Assembly (NCBI GenBank): GCA_002269645.1
Contig: NIVC01003314.1
Span: 1 to 56,945, forward strand
Length of the DNA stretch: 56,945 nt
DNA from: Macrostomum lignano
Lineage: Eukaryota
Direction of reading: 5' to 3'
Below, piece after piece: positions 1 through 12,119 of the stretch (positions are counted from its first letter, which is position 1; every line of letters starts with the position of its first letter). The notes beneath the pieces were generated by a model. That model saw only the letters and a list, made by a program, of their open reading frames with translations, was not told where the DNA came from and did not search any database. A program made the position numbers and the translations under genes.

Positions 1-1808
1 TATTTTCGCTGGCTGGCGGCAGATCTCAGAAAATTAGGAAGGTAAGAGACAGGGAATATTGGGAAAAATTTAAGTAAAACTGTCGAGGTAGTTGATGCCG
101 AAGCAGTACACCTACAGGTAGTCGATGCCTGACATTTTGCACCAGGCGGCTGGAGGCATGCTATTGTGGTGATCCAGCGTAGCTAGCATAGGCTGCTCCT
201 GGGATCCCCTCTTAGTCAGTTAGTGCTTGGGCTGCAGCAGTGGGAGCTGGGCATAGGGCTGTCCCTTCCTCCCCTTCCTTGTGCAGGCTCAGGTGTGCAG
301 CTGTCGCGGGACAGGGAGAAGAAACTCTCTCCCCCTCCCCTGGCGCAGTCTGCAATGGGCTAAAAATAGAAACATTAGTCAGTGGGATATTTCTCCCTTA
401 GTACAGCTTATTTAGTCAGCGGGAGTGAGAGCATAGCTCTCCGCCCGGGGTAGGATCTCGTGGGTCTTGGTTGCACTCCTTGCATGCGGCAACATGCAAG
501 CAGTGTACCAGCAGGCCATGCGGAGGCTGCATGATGAGGCAGATGTCTTATGGACATCTCCAAGATCGCTCCTGGCTCCGGGTAGTCCACGGAACTGCCA
601 TGGGATCTGCCACGGAACTGCCTCTGAGCTTCCCATTGGCCCTGAGACCCCGAATTTTAGTATAAATACAGAGTAGGTGAAGGCCCAAAGAGACCATCCT
701 TTCGGAGACCGCCTGCTTGGCTTCGAGCAAAGGCTAGTATTCCTAGATGCTTTTCCTAGACGAACTAGCTTAGGCAGATCGCTAGACGCTTTTCATAGGG
801 ATAACCTGCTAACAAATCCTTGTTGCAGCTGCCATTTGCTCATTAAGACTGCCGCAGGTCTTTGTGTCATCAGCTCGCCAGACCTTCAACACCGTCTGGA
901 CCTGGTCTCGTGGCCTACAACCTACGCGGTTGGGCAACATCAGTGACACCTAATAGGGTTAGGACTTGTTACTGCGACACCAGTTGAGCTATTAAACGAT
1001 ATTTTAGGATCGGCCTGTGACCGTTACTCACATTAATAAACGTTTAACTGACTTGTTTGTCTTATTTATTTTCTACTTATCAGTAGGCCTACCTAGGGGT
1101 AACCTGTCGAGGATATCACCTGTGGACCTACAAGGTGGCAGCAACCCAACTACCAATACTCGGTTATTATCTAACTGTACTCAGTGGAGACTAAGAGGGG
1201 TTAATTCGGACCATAGTGCTAGACCACTCAGGCCAGCTACGGCCGTGCTAGATAGCGAGGACAGACAGAGGAAGTAGTAGGCAACAGCAGTAATCACCAA
1301 AGAGACGGGGATCCACAAGGCCATTACATTGGCTACATTGGTGGGATCCGGCACCAGCATTACATTGGTGGCAGCGGAGAGCAATAGGCACAGCCATTAC
1401 ACTATTTTTCATTTTGTTTTCTTTTGAAGTATAAAACTTTTGTTAAACAATTCGGTTTTCCTGAGTCAATCCTTTGTCTCTACAATAATAGGACTAGGGA
1501 ACAGGAAGCCTGGTGGCCGCGATTCTACCAAATCTCAAATCAGTACAGCAGATAATAATCCACTAGTAAAATCCTTAGTAGCAAATAGAAAACCAGTAGC
1601 TTAGCCGCGAGGACACGCCCACCACACTTTCCACGCATCGTTGCCTCGTTTTTCCGCGGGGATATCGACTGGCTGAGGTCTCGCCACCCTGGCGGCCTGC
1701 CCTCCCAAGACACCTTTGTCAGAGCATTTAATCAGGTTCTCGATACTTTGGTTTCGAGGGGGGCCTGCCTACGGGAGGTGTTGGAGGCGGAGACGTTACA
1801 CCAGGATT

Positions 1809-2021
1809 GCATGCAATGGCGGGTACAGCACGCCTGTGTAGCATGAGACAGATTAGGCCTACGGGCTAAGGTCTGCGATCCTACACACCTGCACCCCCTC
1901 TATTCTGGTGCAGGAATGGCAGGAGAACTCTCTCCAAGCTGACTCGCAAGCCGACCCAGGGGTTCACGCCCCGCATGTGTTCAAGGCAGCTCTAGGGCTG
2001 CTGGACTGACTGGGCTCCGGC
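1809..2021 (+). ncRNA. HDV-like self-cleaving ribozyme at LINE 5' end (predicted)
   Basis: P1 GCATGC 1809-1814/GCATGT 1973-1978; P2 CCCAG 1955-1959/CTGGG 2010-2014; P3 GGG/CCC around L3 TTCACGC; J1/4 GT; P4 1981-2005; J4/2 CTGA. Confidence 0.75.
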
Positions 2022-2410
2022 GGCGGCAACCCATCCGTGGCCTTTTGGCCAAGTTGGGTACGGGCTCCGCCCGGAAGTGCACCTGTGCGTATCAGGTACC
2101 TCTGGCCACGGCTCTGAGGAACAGGTACCACCCTCTGACCTTAACAGGGTATGCGGCCAGCCCGCAGGCTCCGGAGGCAGTCCTCCTGCTTCCCTCAAGG
2201 GCCCAGTGTAGTACCGTGCTGTTGGTCCTTTGGTTCGGCCTCTGGTTTTTCCAAGCCGGGCTCTTAGCCGGGGAGTTTCTCGGTTGCTAGCGGTCGGGCC
2301 GGTACGGGCTTAAGCCACCCCCGGTCGCTACCTCTTGGCCTGGTTGTTGGGTTTGGGGTTACGGCCCAGCGGCTTCTCACCTTTAGTCCCCACTCGCCTT
2401 TCAGCGACTC

Positions 2411-3880
2411 ATGGAGTATTCACTTACCTCCGACACGTCCGAGGCTGCTGGAGCACCTACCGAGGTTGGCACCGCGGCCCAGCCGGACATTCGCAACACC
2501 GGAACCCCCGGTGCCTCTCAATCTGCCGCTGCCGCCGCTCAGGATAATACCGGAGTGGCTGGACAAGACAGCGGACCTCAGATTTCAAAAAAGAAGGCCC
2601 GTAGCATTGCTCGCTACAAAGCCTTTCTCCAGCGCAAAGCGGAGGAACGGAGGAATGCGAAAGCCGCCCCTCCGGCCACCTCTGAGGAGGGTGCCGGTAA
2701 CTCTGCGAACCCCGCGGAGGAGCCGACATCCGACAAGGGGGTGGACCCCGCGCGCCGGTCTGATGCGTCAGGTGCCGCCGAAGCTCCTGGTGCGGCTGGC
2801 CCCTCCCGTGACCGGACCTCTGCCCGTGTGGAAGCTTCCACGCCGTGGAGGGATCCAAAGCGGGGGGCGCTGGCCAAACCACAAAGCCGAAGCGAACCTA
2901 CGCGGCTATGGCCAAAAGGCAGCCGGCCCTGGTTATCCAAGGCCAGGAGACGCCTCTTACGGCCGAACAGCTCGATCTTATCTGGCGCAGGTTGGACTCC
3001 CACCTGGTCAAGATGGCCTTGAGCGGCACTACCATTCGAGTCCAAAATACGAAAGTCGAGGACCAAGCCCTCTATATCCAGCCCACCGACAGCCAGTCAG
3101 GACAGCAGCTCCTCGAGCTGCTGAAAACCTTCGACTGGGGTACGGAGCTGGAGAACCTGTTCATCTACAGGGAGGACGAGCGACCCCGGACACACCGGCA
3201 CCGTGCCTGGATCCCGGCTCGCAGCTGCATCACCAAGGCCGACGAGCTGCGTCACCTGCTAGTGGCTTCCAACCCGGAGCTACCGGCCAACGGTGTCGTA
3301 GTTCACGAGACCATCTCCAAGCCAGGCGGAGACGGTTTCACGGCTATTCTTGGACTGTCGGATAGCTGGATGCTCCGCTACCCGGACATGTCCATCATCT
3401 CTGTCGGGCTGTTGCAGATTCAGCTCTTTAGCTTTGAGTCTGACGCCACCCGCCCACCGCCCCCGGAGAAGCGTAAGCGGACAGTCGGGGGCTCTGCCGG
3501 GCGGAAACGCCCAGGAAAAGAAGCTCCCGGCCGTCACGACCCCTCCGAGGACGTGGACCCTGTCAGAGGGAAAGCCGCGAAAGCTGCAGCAACAGGCGGA
3601 CGTGGAAGGGCCGGAAACCCGCCCGGAACACTATCCGCTCTGGTCTGACTCAGCGCGCGAAACAGCTGCTGGACACCGCCAAGGCCCCCAACCGCAGCCA
3701 CCCCCAGCCCAGTGTCACCACTGCGGCCCCCCCCCGGAAAACCGGGCCGAGAGCGAGAATGCCGCCCAGGTAGCGACCCCGCCCTCGACCATGGAATCCA
3801 TCCGGGAGGAGCCCATGGAGCTGGAGCCTGGAGCTATCGGCGAGGCAGAAGAGGCAGCTCTCCTGCACAACTCGCCTTGA
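2411..3880 (+). pseudogene. LINE ORF1, left copy, frameshifted relative to the intact right copy
   Basis: Pieces 2411-3022, 2845-3648 and 3350-3880 together match the 490-aa ORF at 35375-36847. Three single-base deletions (about 2842, 3605, 3730). Confidence 0.85.
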
Positions 3881-6800
3881 GCCGGCAGGAAGCTGCGCGG
3901 ACCACTCGTGGAATTCCCGGAGTGGACATCCTGCAGCTAAACCTGCACCACTGCATCGCGGCCTCGACCAACCTGATGCGGGTGGCAAACTTTGCGAAAC
4001 CGGGCATCATCCTACTCCAGGAGCCCTGGACAAAGAAAGGTAAGATTCCGAATATTCCTGCTGGTTTTGACTGTTTTCAAGACCCCCAAAACCCCAGAGC
4101 AGCCATTTTCGTATCTACCCACCTCAAAGCTTGGCACAGACCGGACCTCTCTGACAGAGACCTCTGTGTCATTCAGTCCAACCACATTATCACCAACCGC
4201 ACGGTTATCATCGCCTCGATCTATATCCCTGGCGATGGCCCCGCGGTTCCACCTAACCTCACCTCCCTCGTGGACTACTGCTCTAACCGTAGGTTCGAGC
4301 TGCTGGTGGCGGGCGACATCAACGCTCACCACACCCACTGGGGCAGTAATACTTCCAATAGCAGAGGCGAGGAACTCCTTGCTTACATCTGCACCACCAA
4401 CACTGAGTTTTGCAACATTGGTGGAACCCCCACCTTTGACAACGGGCGATGGACGGAGGCCCTCGACGTTACCCTCGTCTCCCATGGCTTGGCTCCTTTA
4501 GTCAAGGACTGGGAGGTGTGGGACGAAGAGGAGTCTCTGTCTGACCATCGCTTCGTTCGTTTTCGTTTGCAATCCTCTTGCCCCAAGCCTCAATTCTGTG
4601 GAAAAGGAACGTCCGGAACACTGATTGGACGGCTTTCACGGAAACCCTGAAATGCCAGACAGATCAGCTGGCCACCGTCGCTCCAACCACCTGTCAGGAA
4701 GTGGATGACCTTGCAGACCTGCTCAGCAAGACCGTCCTGACAGCCCATGAGGCTTCCTGTCCTCTCAAAGCCTACAAAGGCAAGAAATCCGCCCCCTGGT
4801 GGCACCCGGCGCTCGGATCCCTCCGGCGCAAGGCAAAGTGCCTCCAACGGAAAGCTCGCAAGAGCAAGGACCCAGCTGACCTGGCCGCCTATCAAGAAGC
4901 GATCCGTGACTTTAAGCGTGAAACCAGGAAAGCCAAGTCCGACAAATGGCGCCAATACTGCGCGGAGTTAGAAGGCACCCGTCCTACTTCGCGCGTAGTT
5001 AAGGCTCTCACCCTCGACAAAATGTCAAAGCTCTCAGTCATTAAAAGACCGGACGGCCGGCTCGCTGAGAACCCTGGGGAATCGCTGGACATTATGCTCA
5101 CCAGCTCTTTCCCACGTGCCGCACCGCAGCTAGGCCCACCGGACCACTCTCCAGGCGGACAGATCCTGGCTTCGACCATCATTACTAGAGAGAGGACGGC
5201 TCGCGCCGCAAAATCCTTCTCTCCTTTCAAGTCTCCGGGTCCTGACAACATTTATCCTGCCTTCCTTCATGAGGCAGTTAAAAATGACAGGTTTCTCGGC
5301 CTCCTCTGCAACCTCTTCAAGGCCAGCATTACCCTCGGGTATGTGCCAAAAGCCTGGCAAGAGGCTACGGTAGTCTTCATACCCAAGCCAGGAAAGGGAG
5401 ACTATCACTCCGCCAAAGCTTACCGCCCTATCAGTCTGACGTCCTTCTTCCTCAAACTGATGGAACGGCTGGTGCTCTGGCGCCTTCTCCTTGTTGAGCT
5501 GAGGAACTCCCCGCTCTCCCCTAATCAGCACGCCTTTCGTCCTGGACGTTCCATCGAAAGTGCGTTGCACGCCATTGTCGACAAGCTGGAGCGCGCCGTG
5601 CTTGGCAGTGGATACGCGCTGTCGCTTTTTCTCGACATTGATGGTGCTTTTAACAATGTGCTCTTTGAAGCCTTTAAGCGAGCCCTGGAATCCCGGGGCA
5701 CGCACGAGCACCTCACCCGCTCGATCATGTACATGGTCTCCCATCGTACTGCCACCTCGCACCTCCTGGGACACTCACGCTCCGTGGAAGTCCAGAAAGG
5801 CGGACCGCAAGGTGGAGTCCTCAGCCCGATACTCTGGAATTTAGTCATGGACGAGCTACTTTGCAGCCCGCATCCGGACCCTGTTCAGAAGGTCGGCTAT
5901 GCGGACGATGTTACCGCCACTGTGGCTGGACCATCGCCCGCGGTCCTCAGGGACCTCCTTCAAGCCTTCATCCACCGTGCCGAGCGCTGGGCACATAGCT
6001 GCGGTCTCAGGTTCTCTGAGTCTAAAACCGTGGCTATCATGTTCACCAGCCGCCGAAACTGGAGGATCGAACCGCTCTCCCTCTATGGCAAACCTGTTGC
6101 CATGGAGAAACAAACTAGATGTCTGGGCGTCACCCTCGACCACAGGTTGAGCTGGACCCCGCACGTCCAAACTAAAGCCCGCAAAGCTCTCGCGACTCTC
6201 GCGCAGATCCGCAGAGCTTTCGGTGCTACCTGGGGCCTCACCCCCGCCGCCTCTGGTGGATTTACACTGCCATTGTTAGACCGACCATCTCCTTTGCCGG
6301 TCTCATTTGGAACAGTGCCCTAGAGGTGAAAGGGGTTCTTGAGGTTTTAAATAGGGTGCAAGGCCGCGCTTGTCGAGCTATCATGAGCGCGGCTCCCTCA
6401 ACGCCCTTCGCTGGCATGAACTCCTTCTTGGACATTCCCCCCTCGACCTCTTTGTTAGAGGGGAGGCTATGAAAACCACCCGTCGTCTGCTTGACGCGGG
6501 TGTCCAAATCCAGAAGCAGTTTGCCTTCAGAAAGCGGAACCTCCGGCCGCATGGCGACCTCAGCCTGCGAGACCTGGAAGCAGCGAGAGGCCTGCTGACC
6601 CTCTCGGACGGAATCCCGTCCACGCTCTGCCCTCCGCTCAAATTCAAAACCAGCATTCCACCACGTCATGAAGCGAGAGACAACTGGAAACCCCATGAAA
6701 TCCACTGCTTTACTGACGGGTCCCAAATCAACTCCGCCTCTGGATACGGCTACTGCATCGTGTCTGGAGGGAGAACTGTGGCGACCTTCTCCCAACACAC

Positions 6801-7621
6801 CGGCACCTGCTCCACCGTCTTCCAGAACGAAGTTCTCGCCATCAGCTCCTGCGCCATGGAGCTGTACAATCAGCACGTCTGGGGGAAGGAAATTACCCTC
6901 CACTCGGACAGTCAAGCGGCGATTCACGCCCTTGAGCGCACCACCACCTGCTCGCGTACAGTCCTCGACTGCATCGGGCAGCTCAACCGCTTAGGCGCCT
7001 CCAACAAGGTGTCCCTAAGGTGGATCCCCGGGCATTCGGGCCACCCCGGCAACGAGCTGGCCGATCGCCTGGCCAAGGCTGGCTCGACCGGTTCTTTTAC
7101 TGGTCCCCTGCCCGTGGCCCCCACCCCCATCGCCGTTGTCACCACTCGGATCAACCAGTGGGTGGCTTCTAAGCACAGGGAGAGGTGGGCTAACGCCCCG
7201 ACTGCCGGAAATCCCGCGCGGCTGTCCCCTGTCCCTCCTCCGCCCTACGCAGGGCCCTGCTTGGACTCAACCGCAGGGACATCAGGGCGGTTACCATGGC
7301 CCTCTCGGGTCATGGCTGCTTTGCCAGGCATCGTTACCTCCAGGAGAAAATCCGCAGTGAGGAATGCCCTTTTTGCCTCTCCGGTGTCGAGAATGCGGAG
7401 CACTTCATCTGTGAATGCCCCGCCTTTACTCAGGACAGGCTCACCTACCTCGGCCCAAACCCGGACCTCTCCGACGTTTTCAGGCCCGAGAATCTCTGCC
7501 AGCTCGTCCGCTACCTAGGGGTACCGGGCGAGCGACAATCCACCTCCTGGACTCTCCGGAGGGGGACCGCGCTGCGGACGCCGGCGCCACCGGAACTCCC
7601 TGCGCGACACCGCAGCACTAG
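3877..7621 (+). pseudogene. LINE ORF2 (APE endonuclease, RT, RNase H, CCHC), left copy with frameshifts
   Basis: APE motifs [23 protein letters not shown]; RT motifs [12 protein letters not shown]; RNase H motifs FTDGS, SDSQAA, WIPGH, GNELAD; C-terminal CPFC...EHFICEC. Confidence 0.9.
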
Positions 7622-8687
7622 CTGCCCGTGGTCGCCAGGGGTTAGCGAAATGGGCGGCAACGCCTCCTCGCTGTTTCCGGACGCACGGAGCCCCCTGCAG
7701 CTAAGTCAAGTAAGTCAAGTACACCAGGATTGGCTAATGGGGCGCAATTCGCATGCCCCCGACTCGGAGGCGTACCTGGCTGGCCCGGGAGCGCGCCCGA
7801 CTGCTTGGGATGAGCCTGCTGCAGCTATCTGGCCCTTTAACTGGGAGGAGCACCTTTCGCTGGTGCGCTATACAGCGTCTCTACGTCTGTGGCGGCTGGA
7901 GGACGATTTAGATTTGGTAAGATATTACAGTATATATACATTTCGTATAATCTGTACTTCATATATTTTTCTATATAGAATGTTATAATTTTCACATTGG
8001 CAGTCATCCGACTACTGCTTCGAGAGCGTGGAGGAAGAGGCCGCGTACGAGATAGCCCTGAGGGAGCGTATGGAGATTGACTGATAAGCTATTTCTCTTT
8101 GTACGCGGTTTGGGGAACCTGACACTGTACACTGGGTAGGTTAGAATGGGCGCTAACTGGGTTCTCTATGTGCGCATGCACAGGGTTAAAACACCAATTC
8201 TGATAGCTCGCCCCTAGGGAGGAAATTGCCAGAGGGGGCCGGTCCGAAAACTGTAATGGGCTGGCCCCGGGCTCGAGTCTGCCCACCCGAAATATAGGTG
8301 GGCCGGTCCTAAACAAATGGACCTTACAACCTAATGACTTGAAATACTTTCAACCCGATTGAACATGTGAGAGGGCTCGGGCGGTAAAAACCTCCCTTTT
8401 GCCCATCTATTTTTGACAATAATAAGGTGTAACCCTGGTGATTTAAAACAGGGTGACCCAGGATCGATTCCTGCGGGCTATAGACTTTTCCGCCCCCCGC
8501 GTCGCCATTCAATTTAATCGTGTTGAAAGTATATCGGGTCATTAGGCCGTGAACCTCCCTTTTGGGGTTTCCCTAAACCGCTGTGCGCCTGCTGGTTACA
8601 CAATCGCACCAATATTTACTCTTTAGTTGGTGAGACATTAATTATGCGTCTGTTGAAATTGCACCTGTGTGTTTGCCTGCTTTATAC

Positions 8688-9649
8688 ATTAATCTGATTT
8701 GTATAGAAAGTACACTTTGTAAACCTGCTTTATACATTAAACTGCTATGTATCGAAAGTAGACTTTTTAAACCTGCTTTATACATTAATCTGATATGTTC
8801 TTTACGCTTTATACACACATGTATTGAAAGTAAGTCTGCATTATACTTGTATCTACCTGTGTTTTATTAGCGCCTACTACACTAATATTGGTTTTGTCAG
8901 CCTAACTGAGAATAAAGCCATCCAAAGTGAGAATCCTGCCTACGCTGAATACGAAGGGCCTAGCTGCGTTCAGCCTAGTCTATGAGCCATAGACTATAAA
9001 GGACAAGCAAAGTTTTAAAAGACCAATGGATTCTCACATTGGATGGCTTTTTATCACTTTGCTTGTCCTTTATTGTCTATGGCCCATAGACTAAGGCTGC
9101 ACGCAGCCAGGCCCTTCGCAGTCAGCGTAGACAGGATTCTCACTTTGGATGGCTTTATTCTCAGTTAGGCTGACAAAACCAATACGTACCCGCTTTGTAT
9201 TTTGTCTGCTTTACCGTCTGTCAATATATCGATAATATGCACCTACATTGTGTGTTTTTTTGCTGCTCATATACCTATTATGCACCATTATTCACACCTA
9301 CCAATATGTTTTATCTACTTTTTTATGTAAATATACTCAATTTCGCCTACTATAAGTAGTTTTCACTAGCCTAATATCATTGACTACATATCGGTGTACA
9401 CATACATATCGGGAGAGTGTACTGGGGAGAGTGTACTGGGTAGAGTGTACTGGGGAGAGTGTACACTCGGGGTGCCTGCGGCATACATATCGGGGTACAT
9501 ATCGGGAGGGTCGCCTGCGGCATGGGCGCCTGCGGCATACATATCGGGGTACATATCGGGAGAGTGCGCATACATATCGGGAGGGTACCCCTGCGGCATG
9601 GGCGCCTGCGGCATACATGTCGGGAGGGTCGCCTGCGGCTGGACGGCGC
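8688..9649. repeat. Copy of the Polinton-like subterminal repeat (left-arm mirror)
   Basis: Direct match to 48112-48668: AT-rich block, 14-bp GGGGAGAGTGTACT x4, CCTGCGGCATACATATCGGG units. Carries an extra MITE and extra repeat units. Confidence 0.9.
8888..9182. mobile_element. 295-bp fold-back MITE with TA TSD
   Basis: TA|TTGGTTTTGTCAGCCTAACTGAG...CTCAGTTAGGCTGACAAAACCAA|TA; arms of about 130 bp are near-complementary; absent from the homologous 48310 site. Confidence 0.85.
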
Positions 9650-9682
9650 AGTTAGAGCCTTTCTATGGCTCTAACAGTCATA

Positions 9683-10654
9683 CTTCGGGTGTGTCATAAG
9701 TAATGTCACTGATGTGAAAACAGACGAACTTGCAATCGCAGATGAACAAAACTGTACCACTCAACAACATAGAGTCCCCCAATATCAATCACCATCTGGC
9801 AGTGCTCATACAGCTTGTCCACCTCAGCCTACAGGTGTTTTTCCTCCAAGTGCCATAGCCAGTGCAACGCAGCCTGTTTGACCTCTTCATGGTTTGCGAA
9901 ACTCTTCTTGGAAAAGTCAGCCTTCAGCCATTTGAACAGAAGTCTCTTGCACAAGTTGAAGTCCGGGCTGTATAGACTCTGTCAGAGCAGATTCATTCGC
10001 CGTGCAAGCAGAAAATTCGAAAAAGCCTTACAGGTGTGCGGCCGTGCGGTGTCCATCTGCCGCAGAACCTCGTCCAGGTGACATGGATTTGACCGGAGAG
10101 TGCGCCAGAGGTCTCCAGTGTGCCGGACAAAGTCGATAAAATACTGGCCATCGACCTTGGTGTTCGGTGGAGTTGTGCAGATAGAGACTCGTTCGTTTGG
10201 CGTGAAGGCTACCAGCAGCATGGTCTTCTTGTCCAAGATGGACTTCCTGGTCACAGTCGCCCTGGAGTCCCCAGCTCCCAGCCAGCAGCGATTGTCTGCC
10301 TTGCTGCCCTTGCAATCCAGGTGGAGCCAGCTTTCATCCTCAGCAACCAGGCAGTTTAGGACGTCATTCAAGCTCCGCCTGCTGATTACCTTGCGGATCT
10401 ACTTGGTGCAGGCGTCATGTCAAGATTCATGGTGATTTTTGTTCGCTGCATAGACGATTTTTCATCGCGTTGCACTTGCTAAATCTGCTTGGCGTATTCT
10501 TGCGATAGCTTGGGCCATAAACAACCTATGCACGTCTCAAATGCACTGCTATTGCTTCACTAAGTATACTTTGCAGCTAAACTACCCACAAGTCCATGTG
10601 CCTACATATTTTAGACAGAAGCCTGCAGTGAAATTACTTATGACACACCCGAAG
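9683..10654 (-). mobile_element. Internally deleted, inactive mariner element
   Basis: 22-bp perfect TIRs CTTCGGGTGTGTCATAAGTAAT with TA TSD. Transposase remnants DESW, MDTARPH (cf. HDNARPH), YSPDFNLC (cf. YSPDLAP), with stop codons. Confidence 0.9.
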
Positions 10655-11159
10655 TAGTTTTTTAAACTCAACAAAAACGTTTTGGCCATAATTTGATATC
10701 GCGTTGCGATGGGAAAGCGGGTAATTGAAATTTCGGAAATTTATTTTTTATGATCTAGATCAATACATTAGTGGAAAATGTTTACTAGGCATGAATTCCA
10801 TCCAAAGATTGATTAAAATGCAGAGGCATACGTAACTTCTGATGTGGTCGCAGCCTTCTGCTGCAAGCATAGGGCAGTCACATCTTAGGCATTGCTGTCC
10901 GCTGCTAGCATCTGGAACAGAAACTGTTCTGCAGCCTCTTTGTGCTATTGGCAGCCTTAATTGGCGCTAGTCAGTTGCACAAGATGGCGCAATCGAGTCG
11001 TCATAATGAGGCTCATTAACATAGGAAATTAGGAAGTTTTCTAGCTAAAGGTTAGTTAGTGGAAGCCGCCATATTTGGCGCTTGCCTGTACTGTTGTTGC
11101 CTGGCCTGCCGCGTACAATCGCTCATTGTACGCTAGTCTAGTTAAACGCACTCCTCCCC

Positions 11160-11996
11160 TTGTGCGCTCACTGGACCCTTGCGCCGCGCAGCGTGCCGCC
11201 GCATTTGCAGGAAAAGCTCGATGGCGTAATAGACGAGATGTTGGCAAAGAACATCATTAGGCCAGCATACTCCAGTTACAACTCGCCAGTGCTGTTAGTA
11301 CCTAAAAAGAATGGAACAGTTAGATTAGTGTTAGATTATCGCGAGTTGAATAAGAAATGTTTAAGGCACGTCTATCCTCTGCCTAAGATTCAAGATACCT
11401 TTGCTTGCTTAAAGGGCTCGAATTTCTATTCTTGCCTAGACTTAGCGCAATGTTTCTTTCAAATACCGCTTAGACAGGAAGATTAGCATAGAACAGCCTT
11501 CTCAATGATTAATCGTGGCCAATTTTGCTTTAATGTGTTACCAATGGGCTTGACTGATTCGCCCGGCTCATTCCAAAGGACCATTAATTTGCTCCTAGAA
11601 GGATTAAAGCCCCATATAGCGCTCGGGTATATGAATGACATCCTAGTTCATTCAGTGACCTTTGAGCAGCATCTTGCCCACTTAGAAATAGTGCTGCAAC
11701 GCGTAATTGACGCGAAATTGAAGCTGAAAGCGAAGAAATTTGCGCTATTCTCAGCTGAGTTGGCTTACTTAGGACATAAGCTAACTCCCGAAGGTGTCAA
11801 GACGGATGAGGCGAAGCTCGCCGCTATCCGCGATTGGCCAGTGCGTCGCACATCATCTCAGTTGCGCAGTTTTCTAGGCCTGGCCCAATACTATAAAAAG
11901 TACATTAAAAACTATTCTAGCATAGCATTGCCATTGCACGCTTTAACGTGCAAAACTATCACTAGCCTGTCAAAATTATGGACTGATGAGTTCTAA
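11160..11996 (+). pseudogene. Ty3/gypsy reverse transcriptase remnant
   Basis: SSYNSPVLLVPKKNG, RLVLDYRELN, LDLAQCFFQI, PMGL, YMND (replacing YxDD), LRSFLGLAQYY; in-frame TAG at 11484-11486. Confidence 0.9.
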
Positions 11997-12119
11997 ATAT
12001 GGTATTGATGCGCAAAACCTATTGTATTCTATTCAATTTTCGAGAGGTCAAAATTTCAAAACGCAAATGAGTCACCTTCCCTCAATAAATTTAGACTTAA
12101 ATTCGGCCTACGCCGCGGT

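Larger units (their letters stand above)
1809..7719 (+). mobile_element. Full-length non-LTR retrotransposon (LOA/R1 group), left-arm copy
   Basis: Flanked by TSD TACACCAGGATT (1797-1808 and 7720-7731; 13 bp if the next G is counted). Contains ORF1, APE-RT-RNase H-CCHC ORF2 and a TAAGTCAAG tandem 3' tail. Confidence 0.93.
1605..8084 (+). pseudogene. Spliced orphan gene interrupted by the LINE (exon 1605-1808 + 7720-7916, intron 7917-8003, exon 8004-8084)
   Basis: Removing the LINE and one TSD restores an open frame (...[18 protein letters not shown]...LEDDLDL). A GTAAG...GCAG 87-nt intron joins it in frame to SSDYCFES...MEID*. Upstream exons not found. Confidence 0.65.

Noticed and set aside
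2457-7154. Numerous antisense and alternate-frame ORFs over the LINE
   Set aside because: Expected shadows of GC-rich coding sequence; no motifs.
7650-7712. HDV ribozyme-like words (CCTCCTCGC, GCTAAG) in the LINE 3' UTR, also at 52801-52870
   Set aside because: P3 and P2 cannot pair in the HDV topology; an ordinary branched stem-loop fits better.
9337-9699. Overlapping short ORFs in the subterminal repeat (also 29553-29915 and 48453-48839)
   Set aside because: Products of tandem repeats open in most frames.
10980-11000. TGGCGC as a gypsy primer-binding site
   Set aside because: No preceding LTR ending in CA and no second LTR visible.
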